From NCBI RefSeq assembly GCF_036321535.1, contig NC_087438.1, forward strand, positions 9,116,001 to 9,180,000: a DNA stretch of 64,000 nucleotides, in the 5' to 3' direction. Position 1 is the stretch's first letter. Every line of letters starts with the position of its first letter. Positions 40,515 through 54,149 of the stretch are shown here, piece by piece. The stretch comes from Camelus dromedarius. Taxonomy: Eukaryota. Under the pieces are notes generated by a model. That model was given only the letters and a program-made list of their open reading frames with translations, made no database searches and had not been told where the DNA came from. Made by a program: the position numbers and the translations under genes.

Positions 40515-41230
40515 ACCTGAATTTATTCACCACTGAACATGCTTGAAAACTTACCTACAGCATTGCGGATGTAACAGGGATTGAAGTAGACTGAGTCCCT
40601 TGTCACTTAACGCTTATAATTTAGAAGGGAAGGTTGACAATATGCTGTCTCAATTCAATATATTACACAATGCCAGATGTTGAAAACTCCAACGAGGGCA
40701 AACTTAACTTGATGATGAGATGTAAAGGGTGGAGTAGGGAGATGTTATCTTCCATGAGGACAGGATGAGAGGAAGACAGAGAATGACCATCTCCAATTTA
40801 GCAGAAACCTGAATGGAGTGAGGGGAGGTTGCATGCGGATGTCTCTAGGCAGCTGAAACAGCCTGTTCAAGGTCCTGAGTCAGGAGTATACTTGGTAAGT
40901 GTGAGGACCAGTAAAGAATCTAGGTGGCTAGGGAGCTCCATAAATTATCACTAAATAAATGAGTCAGGAGTGAAGATGGTTTTTATATGTAGAGAGGGTG
41001 GAAGAAATTTCAAAAAGCAGGAAGTATATGAACAAAGGCTCAGTGTTACAGAGCTCGTCAGGGCCTCTTGGAACTATTAGAACAACCGCATGGCTTGGGC
41101 CCTGTACTGTTAGTACTACAGTGCCGCTGAAGCCTTTTGAGCATGGGAGTGAGATGGAGAAACATATATTTAAAGGAGATTCTTTAGCAGTGCTATGAAG
41201 TATAAACTGAAAACGCAGAGGGAATGAAGG
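40515..41230 (-). mobile_element. L2 LINE fragment
   Basis: gcagaaacctgaatggagtgaggg, gttcaaggtcctgagtcaggagtatacttgg, ttttgagcatgggagtgagatgg...tttaaaggagattctttagcagtgct. Confidence 0.72.
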
Positions 41231-42104
41231 GCAGGGAAAGATAAGGACAAGACATAAAAGTAAAGGTACAAATAATAAGCATTATAAAGGAAGACACCAA
41301 AGTACATGGTAAGTGATTCAGATTTGGGGCAAGGAAGAAGTAAGCAAAATTTTGAGAATGAATAACTGATTGATACACCGGTATTGGAGGAGGCAGAAGA
41401 TGAAATTAGTACCATATAACTGATTCAGTGGTAGGTTGATTTTGAGGTCAGGGCTTACACATTTAAACATTCAACATATCATTAGATAATTGTAATTCCA
41501 CTGGTCAGGACTACAAATTTGTTACGTCATATCCTTGGGTCTGTTAGTTGTAATCATGAAATTTGTGGGCTCCAAAATAAGAGTATCTGAATTCAGAATC
41601 TCAGATTATAAAATATATTTTAGGGAAAACCCAACTTTAGGAAATAGGTAAATGAAATTTGCAAATGCTAATTTTAAATAATAGGTTGAGATATTTAAAA
41701 TAAAATATTTAGATATTTTAATCTATGCAAATATATTCATATATATGCATGGAATGCTCTCTAAATCTGTTCTAATTTAAGTTTATTTTCATTTTCACTG
41801 TGTTATGAAGGATTCTTGAATGTTTAAATGAAGTATTTATAATCAGAAAACCACTTTTTGTTTCTTGTGTATTATTTCTTAAACTATTTGTTTCTTAAAT
41901 TTATACTTAAATAAATCTATTTTGAAAGTGATGTATATGAAGCATTTTGTAACATGCTCATAATAAAAAGATGAGTAATACAAGATTATATGTAATTTTT
42001 TTATCTAAATAATTAACTAACATCATGATTTCAGTCACTTTTTAAGACAGGTTACTTGTATTAGATTATTAAAATAAATAAATATCACAATACTCTATTA
42101 AATA

Positions 42105-42240
42105 TGTACTATTATTTTTAATAGTTTGCAAATGAGGAAACAGAGGCCTGTAGAAGGCTGGTAACTTGCTCAATTTCTCAGAACCAGCAACAGGCAGAGT
42201 CAGGAGCTGACCTCTGTTCTCTAAATGTTAACATTTCTCA
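42105..42240 (-). mobile_element. MIR SINE fragment
   Basis: tttgcaaatgaggaaacagaggc...gtaacttgctcaa...ggcagagtcagga. Confidence 0.72.
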
Positions 42241-43589
42241 CCATTTAAATATATAAAAAGATTGTGAGGATTATGCATACTCAATAATATATTATAATTC
42301 TATGTGATGAATATATTTTATTTGATGGGACAGCTTGATGAAATAGATTTTCAGAAGTATTTATCTTTGGATGGATTTCACGGGAGTATAGACGTGGTGA
42401 AACTTAACTCCTTGAGTTGTTAAAGTCATTCAAGTGCAAGGCAATTAACTCTTGAAGTAAATTTCACTCATTTTATTGTGAGAAGCCAGCAACTTCTCTT
42501 AATTTTTACATAATTTTATCTAGTGCCCTTCAAAAAAGTGTTTATTTTACTCTAACCACTGAAATTATTGTATCACAGACATGTATTCTCTTGAGACTTT
42601 CATCAATAAAGTATCCATGGTAATCAATCAAAAACTGTATCATAATCAACAATAAAACCCCACCCCATATCCAATGAGTTTATAGAAAGCTCTCCACATG
42701 CCTTGAATGTCTACGTAAGTTCATATCTATAACTCAAGTATGCGATTTTTTCTTCTTGGTTTACTAAGATGACTAAACACGCTAGTTGGTGTGTATACAA
42801 ATGGAACTATACTCTGCATAATTTTCTTTATCTAGAGAGGAAATTATTGAATTAAAGGTCAGAATAAATTCCATTAGAAAAATATACTCTTAATATCAGA
42901 CAACAAAATCTTAATTGAAAATACCTTTTTAAATCATGAAACTTAAGTTGTGTTACCCAACTCCTGATAACATTAATGAAAGGCACATGAAATAGTATCT
43001 CTTGGGAAGCTAGAAAATTTACACCTGACATTATAACGTGTCTCTCGGAATTAGAGGCACTAAAGCAATTTATTCACTTATAGAATAATACATTTAATTT
43101 GCATAACTGCAACTCAAGTATCATTTTTTTCTTTAATTAAAAAGTACCCTGTATAGTATATGTATGTGAATAAAGAGTTCAGGGTACATCACTTAAGCTT
43201 CTCTTAACAGCCACAGATAAAAGCTCTTTTTTGTAAATGTTTTATAATTTACAAAAGATAACAAAGCAGTATTTTGGAAAAAGAAAAAGAATTCTTCCAA
43301 ACACTATAATTTTAAAAACGTGCAAAGAAAATAGGCATTTTGCCATACTAGTTATTTAAGCTTGATACATTAGTAGTAATTTCATTATAGTTAATTTTAA
43401 TATTATACTTCTATTTAGAAACATTACATATTTTATCATATCCTCCCTAAAATTGTACATGATTCTTTTTATATTTATGAATGAATATGTTTAAAATATA
43501 ATTCAGACAAAAATAGCATGAAAATATGTGGGAGAATCTGGACTCTATGTGACACATATTTAATCTAAAAGCGTATTTAAATTCTGCTA

Positions 43590-43930
43590 TCATTTTTAAG
43601 TTTTCTTACAATCCTTCTTTATATTTTTGTTAACTTTTTTCAGCTTTCCTCCTTTTTAGTCAATTTTTAAACTTCCTTATGAATTGCTTTCTTTTTGCAT
43701 CTCAAGTATAAAATTACATTTTCCAATGTTTATTTATTTAAATTTCTATAGTCCATGATTTTAGACCATTACCTATTTGTAGCCTCCTGTGTCTTCAGAA
43801 ATTGCCTGAATTTTCCTCATCCAGTCTTTTCTTCTTAGTTTCTATATTTGCTACTTCCTTACCTACTCCCATATCTTCAGATTGGATAATTTCCAGTAGA
43901 TTGTTTAAGTAGGAGAGATTCATTCACCTG
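43590..43930 (-). mobile_element. Decayed L1 ORF1-region fragment
   Basis: tcttcagattggataatttccagtag and T-rich antisense ORF1 composition. Confidence 0.4.
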
Positions 43931-44247
43931 CTCTTCTCTTTGGGCTATACCCACATCGTACTCTCAGATCTATATCTGAAAGGCAGGTTGGGTCACAAAA
44001 TTCTAAAGAATGTCTTGACTGTCAGGTTTCCATTGTGTAGGTATATGAATCTGAGAATAGCTTATGCCCTTTCTAGCACACCTGCCTTTCTGACATTTCA
44101 AAAAATCATTAACAGAAGAGGAATTGCATTCTTCAGGGTGGATTTCTAGCAAGACTCTCCTTTATTCTTTGCTTCTGCAAATAAAGCTTTAATTTCTGGG
44201 CATCATGTTTCTCAAAATTCAATGATAATGTATGATTGATTTGTTAT

Positions 44248-44500
44248 TATGGTAGGTAACCTAATGCCTCCACACCAAGGATGTGCACACACTAATTCCC
44301 AGGACCTGTGAACTTGTTCCTTTGCATGGTATAGGGAGCTTTGAAGATGTGATTAAAATGTCGAATTGAATTGTATACCCCCAAAATTCATATGCTGAAG
44401 CCCTAACTCTCAATGTGACTGTTTTTAGATATAGGTCCATTAAGGATGTAATTAAATGTAAATGAACTCTAAAGATAATTAGATGAAGAGATATTTTCTG
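44248..44500 (+). mobile_element. Two juxtaposed MLT1 5' fragments (MLT1D-like, then MLT1B/C-like from ~44359)
   Basis: taattcccaggacctgtgaac...ggagctttgaagatgtgattaa, then tgtcgaattgaattgtatacccccaaaattcatatgctgaagccctaactctcaatgtgactg. Confidence 0.72.
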
Positions 44501-44589
44501 GTTGTCAAACTTTTCTGTATGACTGTTTACTGATAGTTACATGACACACGACACTTGACTCTATATTTGACAAAGTCCATAGAAGTTTT

Positions 44590-45412
44590 CAGCACAAGCT
44601 GGAACACTGAGTAACAAATGAAAGAATATAGGATTATAACCTGAAGTATAAAATACCTATGAGTCCAAACAGATATAAATGTATGCTCAATTATATAAAT
44701 AAGATGAAGAGAATAGACACATTTCAAGTGCAGAATAATACCAAATATGTAGAAATGTCTCAGGCAACATGAAGACGTTTTTAACTCACCCCAGCTCCTT
44801 AATTGTGGTCTGGGTATATTGACTTTCTTTTAAAAAGTGAAGTGTAGGAATGGGGAAAGAGAATAACTTTACAGTTTAGAAAGCTGGCACACACGATCAC
44901 ACTACCACAGACAGCTGAACAAAGCTAAAGTTAACAGTGATGATCGCTTGTACCCTTGACATGATATAATGAGAGTGACATTTTACCTCTTGCTTCTCAA
45001 AACCCCATAACACTGTCTGATCATGAAAAAATCATCAGAAGAATCTCACTATTGGGACAGTCCACAAAATACCTGACAAGTCCTCCACAAAACTGTCAAA
45101 AATCACAAAAAATAAGAAAATTCTGGGGGACTGTTATAGCCAAGAGAATGTGGAAGAGACATGACAACTAAATGTAATGTGATATTCTTCATGGGGTGCT
45201 ACAACAGAAAAGATACTTAGCAAAAACTAAATAATGCAAATAACGTATAGATTTTACTTAAAAATAAGGTATCAATATTAGTTTAATATGACAAATACAT
45301 TATACTAATAAAAGATTTAGCAAGAAAAACAAGGTACATGGCAGAGAGGAAATTTTTTCTTTGTAATGTTTCTGTAAATCTAAAACTACTTTTTAAAAAG
45401 TTTATTGAAAAA
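44590..45412 (+). mobile_element. L1MC-like 3' UTR fragment
   Basis: gagaataactttacagt, cttctcaaaaccccataac, gagacatgacaactaaatgtaatgtgatatt, tttctgtaaatctaaaactact. Homologous to 25985-26435. Confidence 0.82.
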
Positions 45413-48339
45413 CCTCTTTCGTAGGCTGAAATCTTCCTTCACCAAAAGAAGAAATAGCTTTCATGTTCTGGCTATAGGTCTGCTGTCTAAATCAAATTTT
45501 AGTACATAATTGAGTTTTCCTTTTCATGAGTTATTCATTAATATATTGGTGGGCTATTGTTATCCAGGCTGTTTATACAGATAATCCACATGTTTTTCTT
45601 GACGTCTTAGAGTGAAAAACAAAGTCATTGGGAATGTAGCACAACTTCCAAATTTTTATTTTGCCTTTTTTTACCCTCATTTTAAATAGTGAAATATTCC
45701 ATTGGTCCCATTACTATTTTTTAGTCTAAATGTCAGTGCTCACTTGTATTACATCTCTTACTTCTTATGTTGAATATTTCCTTTAGAATTATCAAGTCTA
45801 GGCATTGTACGGTCATTTGTAATTTGTAACAATATTCAAAAGCACATATAACTCTTAGAGCCTGATATGTCATGACTGAGTATAATATACACAACATATA
45901 AAAACAGAAAAGCCAGGAAAGAAAATTAATATTTTAGGGCTTTGTTATCACAAGTCATAGGGATCCAATGCTGTACTTAATATCAGTTTATTGCTCTCAG
46001 CCATTTAACACATGGGCAGTCCACTAACATTAAACTGGTAGGAATTCTCTATTTTTGGAGAAAGAAAAAGGTACTCTGTTAGAAGATAGCATACCATTTA
46101 CCAAGGACATTTGAAGTTAGAATCAGATGAAACTGAGGTTGATAAATCTACAGTATGTTTTATTAAAAAGTAGCAACTTTTCTGTAATTTCATTACAATG
46201 AGCATCTTCCTGGAATGTATTCTATTACCTTCTACAGCAGAAGGACAAGCACAGTTTTCAAAATAATCCTCAAGGCATAGTGAGAAAAGTAACATGAAAG
46301 TAAAATTAAGTAACCTGCTAATTTAATACGGCTTTTATAAATGGCTTTATAGTCTCTTCTTTTAATTAAAATACCAGGCTATGTTCAGCTCAGATCTAAT
46401 CTCAAATTCTCTTTATAAAATGTTAAAGTACAGAATATGCTTATTCCCCACCATAGTTTTCATGATAAACACTTACGATTATGACTTTATACCACTAGGT
46501 TGAAGCAACATTTTGTTCCTGTCACCTTATTATGAATTATTTGTGTTTTCTGTAAGGTCAGGGTAAAGAAAAAGTTTCACAAAAGATCTTAATAAAATTT
46601 TGGTATATGACTATAGTATAGTTTGAAATGTTGAAAAGTGTGATATGACAAATTTGCAGTAATTCAATCTTCCAAGTGTTTCCTTAAACAAGGTGCAAAC
46701 AGACAATATTCAACTCGAAGGCATATTCACAAGTTTGGAGCCAATGTTGGAAGAGTCAAAAAGGCACATATGTGAATATTGGACAATAGGTTTGAAAATG
46801 CTCATGTCTTCTAAAATATATCTCCCTAAGTGGTTTAGGACAGTACAGGTTATTCTAGGCAAAATATGCCTGGTGAGGGATTTTCAATAATACCTAACTT
46901 TCAAATAGGATTACAGTAATTGATTTCTGAAAATTTTCAGCTATAGAAATTTCATTTAGAATAAATGATTAATTAAGTACCAGATATCTAATGCATGGCA
47001 GACAATAGCTGGTCATTGAAGATACATAGGTGAAATTAATGGTGTATTTAGAATTGACTAACAACAGTTCCCCAATATTCTGATTGTTTACATGATAAGA
47101 AAAAATGAATCCTTAAAATGTGTGTGTATTTTATACTACATTCATATACTATACTACCAACATATTAAGTATATTTTATAAACCAAGTAAATTTCTGATA
47201 AAAAGTTAAAATTTATGCACTTTCTCATACATAGGTAAAAATCGTCTGTTTCCCATAGGGTGTATGACTTCCATATGAAACCAGTTTCTCAAAGAATTTC
47301 TGGTGATAGATTCATCCATTTCCCAGCTTCACTCATACTCAAATCCCTTTCACATTCTGGGACGCCCTATGTACATTCAAGTCTTAATTTTTTAATCAAA
47401 GTTATAGAAGGCACACAATTTAGGGGGGTCTAAAATATAAACTTATTCACGTTTACATTTGAAATATGTTTTTATGTTTGAATTGGAATTTAGAATAATG
47501 ATTGGAGCAGCAAAGAAAAGCAAAGTTTATATTACAGAGTGATAAATGACATGCTAAACATGTTCTTATATTATTCTCAATATCTTTCTGGAGTCTTGTA
47601 TTCATGGCTAAATGACTAGTAACTAGTTAATTCAGAATGAAATCAGAACTGTTTACTTAGGGAGAAAAACAAAATAATAACAAAAAATGGCTCATACAAA
47701 TCGGGAATTTTTTCTTTTACAAACTAGAATTTCTTGGAAAGATATTATGTATAAATATTCTGAACAAAATCTGTGACTTATCTGGAAGGTGTGGGAAGAG
47801 GGCACTTTGAATATCAATCATTGTTATTGCTTTCCTAAGGCTAATTAAAAGGATAGGGTCAAAATTAAGAAAGCCTTGTTGAAATTTCTGACTTCCAATC
47901 TTAAGGTGTTAGATACTAATATAGAGTGAAGATTTTATTTTCATCAGCCCACTTGAGGCATGATAGCCAAAGAAAAAATTAACTGGATCCAGGGTTCAAG
48001 AGCTCAAGCACCTTACTTCTTTCCCTAACGGGAAACACTCTGGAATTTGGGTGCAGGGTTCAACATGATGGCTGCAGAACCTACATCTTCTAGTTTCAAA
48101 TGGTTTGGCGTCTTCAGGGTGACCATTGCCTCAGTGGATTATGTTCTCTCTGTAGCTCAAAACTGCTAATATATTCTTAAAGAATATCAAGTCTATAAGG
48201 GACAGTGGATATAGTCCAAAAAATTGTTCATGGTAAAATTGAAATTATATTCAGACAAAATAAAGGCATTCCTGAATAACAACAGTGGTATTTGGTGCCA
48301 AAGAATACAAGAACTTTTGGTCTTTTATTAGTGCTTTTA

Positions 48340-48440
48340 AAATTAAAAAAAAAAAATTTAATGGAGGTCCTGGGGATTGAACCCAGGACCTCATGCATGC
48401 TAAGCATGTGCTCTACCACTGAGCTATTAACCCCCAACCC
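48340..48440 (-). mobile_element. tRNA-derived SINE (camelid Vic-1-like), short form
   Basis: Reverse strand reads GGGGGTTAATAGCTCAGTGGTAGAGCACATGCTTAGCATGCATGAGGTCCTGGGTTCAATCCCCAGGACCTCCATTAAA, with intact A/B boxes. Degenerate flanking repeat cttttatta..gt.ctt. Confidence 0.92.
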
Positions 48441-49574
48441 AAACTTTTATTACTAGTACTTAAAAAAACTATTTTTTGGTCTCTTATATCTGGACTGACA
48501 TTTGATCCATTCCATCACACCATACAATTCAATATTATTGTTTTTATTTTTTATGTTTTAATTTTATTATTATCTTTCTTTGTATTAAAGTGATTCACAA
48601 GAATTCAAGACATCACAATGTCTGTCTGCAGGGAAACCTAGCAGAGAACCCTCTCTGAAGATAATAGACACTTGGCATGGTTGTTTCCAAAATTAGATTA
48701 TCACTAATCACTTAAACTAAGAATAAGTCAAATTTTAATCTTTAAAGAACACCTCTGGAAATAGAAGAGTGTATTTATAGATAGATAGCGAGCAGATAAA
48801 GCACCTGGAAAACATCTAAAGAATAATCAAGGGAACAACCTATCATTTGCAAAAAAGGATATCAGAATAGTTCAATTGGTCTTTCAATGCTCCTTAAAAA
48901 AAAAATTCCTCCTGTTTTATACAATCTAGTTTTTAAAAATCACACATTTTGTTTGAAATGTTATGCTTCAAAATAAAATCTTCCTTAAAAAGTTTAAACA
49001 AGAAAATTAAAATGGACATACATAACTCAGCATATTACACTATCTTTCACTACTCATCGTATACACACCTAAAATCAAATTGAGAAATGACTTTAAAACA
49101 CAACACACTGTGTGTATACTCCTGGTTAATCTCCACCATTAGAGTATTTTCACAAATGATAAATGGCAAACTGTTCTACTTTCCTTGCTCTCTTTCTTTT
49201 TGTTTCTTTTCCTTCTTTATTTCTTCTTTTTTGTAATCAAGAAAAACTACTCTCAGCTAATTATTTTCACTCTTCATAATGTTGCTACACAGAGATAAAC
49301 AAATTTAAGGTTTTATTTTCAGGTCTTTGTCATTTCTTTAAGTTTTCCTTTAAAGAAAACTTCCCCCACCACCTGGTAATCTCCTACGTTACTGGTCTCT
49401 TAGGATCACTCACGGAAGTGGGAAGGCAGACCCTGTTCAGAGCCTTGGATCCAGAACAGGAAATTCCTCTTGCACTTTTAGACCTGTCTTCACCAACTGG
49501 TATTTTCCTGTCTAGAAAGCATGCTATTCCATAATTTGACATTGAGCAATGAGGCTTCTTCCCTACCTACAATG

Positions 49575-49778
49575 ATTTTTTTCTTTATTTCTTCCTTTCT
49601 TCCTTCCTCCCTCTCTCCCTCCCTCCCTCTCTCCCTTTCTTTCTCTCTTTCTTTTCTTTTCTTTCTTTTCTTTCTTTTCTTTCTTTCCTTCTTTCCTTCT
49701 TTCCTTCTTTCTTTCTGCCTTTCTTTCCTTCTTTCCTTCTTTCCTTCTTTCTTTCTTTCCTTCTTTCTTTCTTTCTTT

Positions 49779-49854
<76 letters not shown>

Positions 49855-49944
49855 TTTTTCTTTCTTTTCTTCCTTCCTTCCTTCCTTCCTTCCTTCCTTC
49901 CTTCCTTCCTTCCTTCCTTTCTTCCTTTTTCTTTCTTTCTTTTT
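49575..49944. repeat. Compound polypyrimidine microsatellite (TTTC)n/(TTCC)n/(TCCC)n
   Basis: About 370 bp of almost pure C/T, with a long pure TTTC block followed by a TTCC block. Confidence 0.98.
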
Positions 49945-51867
49945 GAAGGACACTACTAAGCAAAAATCCCCTTGTACCAGAGGTTTCATTTTACTAATGC
50001 CCAGTAGAGACAGTGAGGGAAATTTCACTAACAACTCTCATACACCACTCTGAAGCAGAAAAGGCCTGAATGCATACTATCAGTTACTGAGACAAAAAGC
50101 TAATAAAAATATTCTGATGTAAGTTCATGCATGTGAACAAGGAGAACTATCATTAAACATTTGCTCATAATTGTCCTGGTGCTACTTTTCTTTCAGTTCT
50201 TATTGAGTGCCAGACACAGAGGCAAGTACCTCCTGTCAGTCAACTAATATAGTCATTGATGTGAATAATAGATGAATGACAAAATGCAACAATATCTAAA
50301 TTAATTCATGTTCAAATTCAAATGAATAGTTGACAGATTTTTAGACTGATTGATAAATTACTGGAAAATAACATACAACATACACCTAAGAATGATACAG
50401 ATATGCTTATAAATATTAATATAGATAATAAAAATATAATTCTGTAGAAAAAAAACCCAACAATATTTTAAAGACAAGGGTACATGCTGATTTCCATTAT
50501 TTTTCTATATTTAAAATGATACAGAGTAGCTTGAAGCATCCTGTATGTTGATTTTCAGATAATAACATTCTCTCACCTATTTTCTCGCTAAATTTTTAAC
50601 AGGCTAATCCTTTCTTATCAAATGCAAATGTATTTGAAAGCACTGTTTCAAGCTTTACTTAGAAAACAACCATAAAGATTTTCAGTTTATATTCCAATGG
50701 TGATGTTCTTCCGCTTTTGACAACTCAGTCAACCTTTTGAACTTCATACTTTGGAATTATTTTAGTGTTATTCCACTCACATATCTATGTGACTCTAATT
50801 CTATTGTTATTTTGTCTAATGGAGCTGTGGAGAGAAAATTCCTGCTGTCTCCCAAGGCAGAAACGACACGCCAATGTTGATTTTAAGAGTGGTTTCATAT
50901 TTTTGCCCATTGCCAGCTTGTCAGAGTCTTGTCTTTTAATACAATTTATAGTTTCATACAAAATAGTATCAATGTAAATGATTAAATCTAATTTATATCT
51001 ATATTAAAATTGTAAAGAGATAATTAGGTTAGTGGACAACCTAACAGTTTGTGGAATAAATATCATTTACAAAGTATGATAGTAGGTGAAAAAGTCTGAT
51101 TTAAATGAGATAGAAATTCTATGGGAATTGCTAAAGACTTATTGAGAAAAGAAGTGATTTGAGGAAAGTTTCAAACTGAATCAAGCTTGACCAGAAAAAT
51201 GTGGGAGAGGTTAGAATGAAATACATGAGAATAACTGTGATTCAGGTATATGCTATTGCTATAGAAACAAGCTGTAAAAGAAAGGGTAATTTGGACAACA
51301 AAGCCAACAGTAGTATATTTCAATGTGCCACTAATTACTGATTTTAGATATATTTATTTTAAAGAGACTTCATAATTTAAAAGCCCTTGAAAGTAGAATA
51401 ATTACTTTGGAATAAAAAATATACTGATTAAACAATTTTTGAAAATTATATGTAATCTGGATTATTTTTAGGGAATTATGACATATCTGGTAATATGCTA
51501 TGGATCTGATTTATAACTCCATTTAGGAAAAAAATAATTTCATAATGGAAGTATTGAAGTGACTCAAAAATAATTATATAATTTTATAGCAAAACCTTTT
51601 TCTAACTATGAAATATGACAAATACTGAAAAGCTTGTTTTTTCTACATGATAAAAAGCATAATTTTACTACTAACACTGCTGTAAAGTAACAAATAAGGC
51701 CTTAGTACTTATTATGCTGCAGATGCACAAATAGTTTTAAGATTCACAAAGATAAAAAATAAAATGTATATTATTATTTTTAGGAAGCGTATAACCACTA
51801 TATAGAGAAAAGACAACTCGAAGAAAACAAAATCCAATTAATGCTGTAAAAAAGTATTTCAAAAACA

Positions 51868-52610
51868 ATGTGGTGAGAATGCAAAATGATGCTTTGGAAT
51901 ACAGCTTGACAGTTTCTTACAAAACTAAACATATACTTTTCATATGATCCAGCAATCACACTCCTTGGTATTTACACAGAGAAGCTGAAAACTTATATCC
52001 ACACAAAAACCTACACACGGGTGTTTATAGCAGCTTTATTCATAATTTTCAAAACTCGGAAGCAACCAAGATGTCCCTCAGTATGTGAATGGATAAATAA
52101 ACAATGGTCCATCCAGACAATGGAATGTTATTCAGCATTAAAAAAAAAAAAAGAGCTGCCAAGCCTTGAGAAGACATGGCGATAAATCATAAATGCATAT
52201 TACTAAGTGAAAGGTGCCAACCTGAAAAGGCTACATACTGTATGATTTCAGTGATTGACACAGGTTGGGCAGGGGGACGGATGAATAGGCAGAACACAGG
52301 ATTTTCAGGGCAGTGAAACTATTTAGTATGATACTATAATCATGGATACACATCATTATACATTTGTCCAAATGCCTTCAAATGTACAGCAGCAAGCGTG
52401 AACGCTAATGCAAGCTTGGACTTTGGGCAGTAATGATGTGTCAACACAGCTTCATTGACTGTAATACATGCACCACTCCGGTGCAGGATTTTAATAGTAG
52501 AGAAGTCTGTGCATATGTGGGGGCAGGGAGTATATGGGAAATCTCTGCGCCTTCTGTTCAATTTTGCTGTAAATCTAAACTACTCTAAAAAATAAAGCTA
52601 ATTTTTTTTT
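51868..52610 (+). mobile_element. L1MC1-like ORF2 end / 3' UTR
   Basis: catatgatccagcaatcacactccttggtattta, ggaagcaaccaagatgtccctcag, gaaaaggctacatactgtatgatt, tatgggaaatctctgcgccttctgttcaattttgctgtaaatctaaactactct. Confidence 0.9.
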
Positions 52611-54149
52611 AAAGAAAAGACAACGTGGAAACACACTGGAATTTACTTCCTTTGGTAGCCACTGAAAAGCATTTAGAACAGACAAAAGTTAAGGAGACTT
52701 TTGCAGCATTTAGAGTTTTATTCAACAGAGACAAGTGAAAAGATTTTCCTAGAGAACTTATCAAATGTCAAAGATGTTTAAAAGCAGAATGTCCTCAACT
52801 GCAGAGTTCCCACAACTCCTCAGAATTTGGAATATTGTTGAGAGTGGGAGGGGCTAGGTCAATTGGACTGTGAAGCCTTGATAGCTCTGGGTCATATTTT
52901 TTTGTTGGTTTGTTTTGCTTTAAATTTTCACAGAGAAAAAAGTAGGCAAGCTTGAGACCACTCATTCAGAGAGGGAAAAAAAGTCACACGGGAAAGAGGA
53001 AACTGGGTAAGACATGAGCACCTCTGGAAGTCGAGGAGGGAATAAAGAATAATGTAATTGAGAAGCTTAGGAAGATGTTTCCTCTAACCTGGTCTGAAAT
53101 AGAGAACTTAAGAGTCTCCCTGTATCACTGAAAACAAGCACCCAGGGACCGAGGACTTTGGCAACACAGATGCCTTCTTCTTCTGCTCTCCACCCGCAAT
53201 GGCTACTGTGAGCACAGGAAAAACAGATTAACCTTGTAACGTCCTTACTCCCCACATGCCATCAGTGTTATGAAAAAACTTTTGCTCCTTCTTCTCCCAT
53301 AATTTTTTCCCTAGGAACTTTTTCAGTATGAGAGAAGAAAAAATAGATAACGTCTAGATTTTTTTCTGAACCATGATAGGGTGGGTGTAGTCCTAAAAAA
53401 TACTGGCCTGCATCCTAACAGTAATGCCCCCCTTTGCCATACTTTTTCTAGAGCAGTTTGCAAAGAAATACTCCAGTACTACAAGATGTTTTGGCAGACT
53501 TTTATCATAGCATGGCCTTGATGGACATGATGGATCGATGACATGAACAATTTCAAAACATAAAAGTCAAACCACTCTTGTTTCTCTTCTGGTATACATA
53601 CTATTTGCCCTAGAAATGAAAGATACTTGCTCATGTTATTTTAAGGTATTTGAACAAGCCGCATTTATGAGCTCTCAGGAACACTGCACATTAGCTTTGT
53701 TTTAAAGCCAGTGAAGGGCCAATTCTGTAATGTGATTGGTATGTACATTTTCTCTTTCAATTCTATTAATACTAATTTACAACAGCTGATAGTGCATTAT
53801 CTCTCAGAAATGCATGCAAATGACTTCCTGAAATGGATCATTAAATATTTGCCTTTTATCAGAATACATTTAATTTACCTGCTGAATATTAGAGCATTCA
53901 GCTAGAGAAAGTTATAGAAGTGAAAAACCAGTTTTTTTATATGAGAAAAATAGCCGGGAACTTTCTCCTATTTTACATACCAAATAGCATTTGCTTGTAT
54001 GGGAAAACTGTTATTGGAAGCAAGGGAACATACCTGCCTTTTCACTATTTCTGCTGCCTTGAATGGACACAGGGAGGACGAGGCTCTCCTTCCTACTGTT
54101 GGCCCATTTTTGTGATTCATCTTTTCACCCCTCAGACTTCACTATATCA

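Noticed and set aside
48355..48437. tRNA-like sequence with A and B boxes (also at 6760-6832)
   Set aside because: SINE head with an A/T-rich tail and flanking repeats. The acceptor stem does not pair properly, so it is not called as a tRNA gene.
49490..50034. Longest ORFs (141-157 aa, K/E/R-rich or F/L/S-rich)
   Set aside because: They are translations of the TTTC/TTCC microsatellite.
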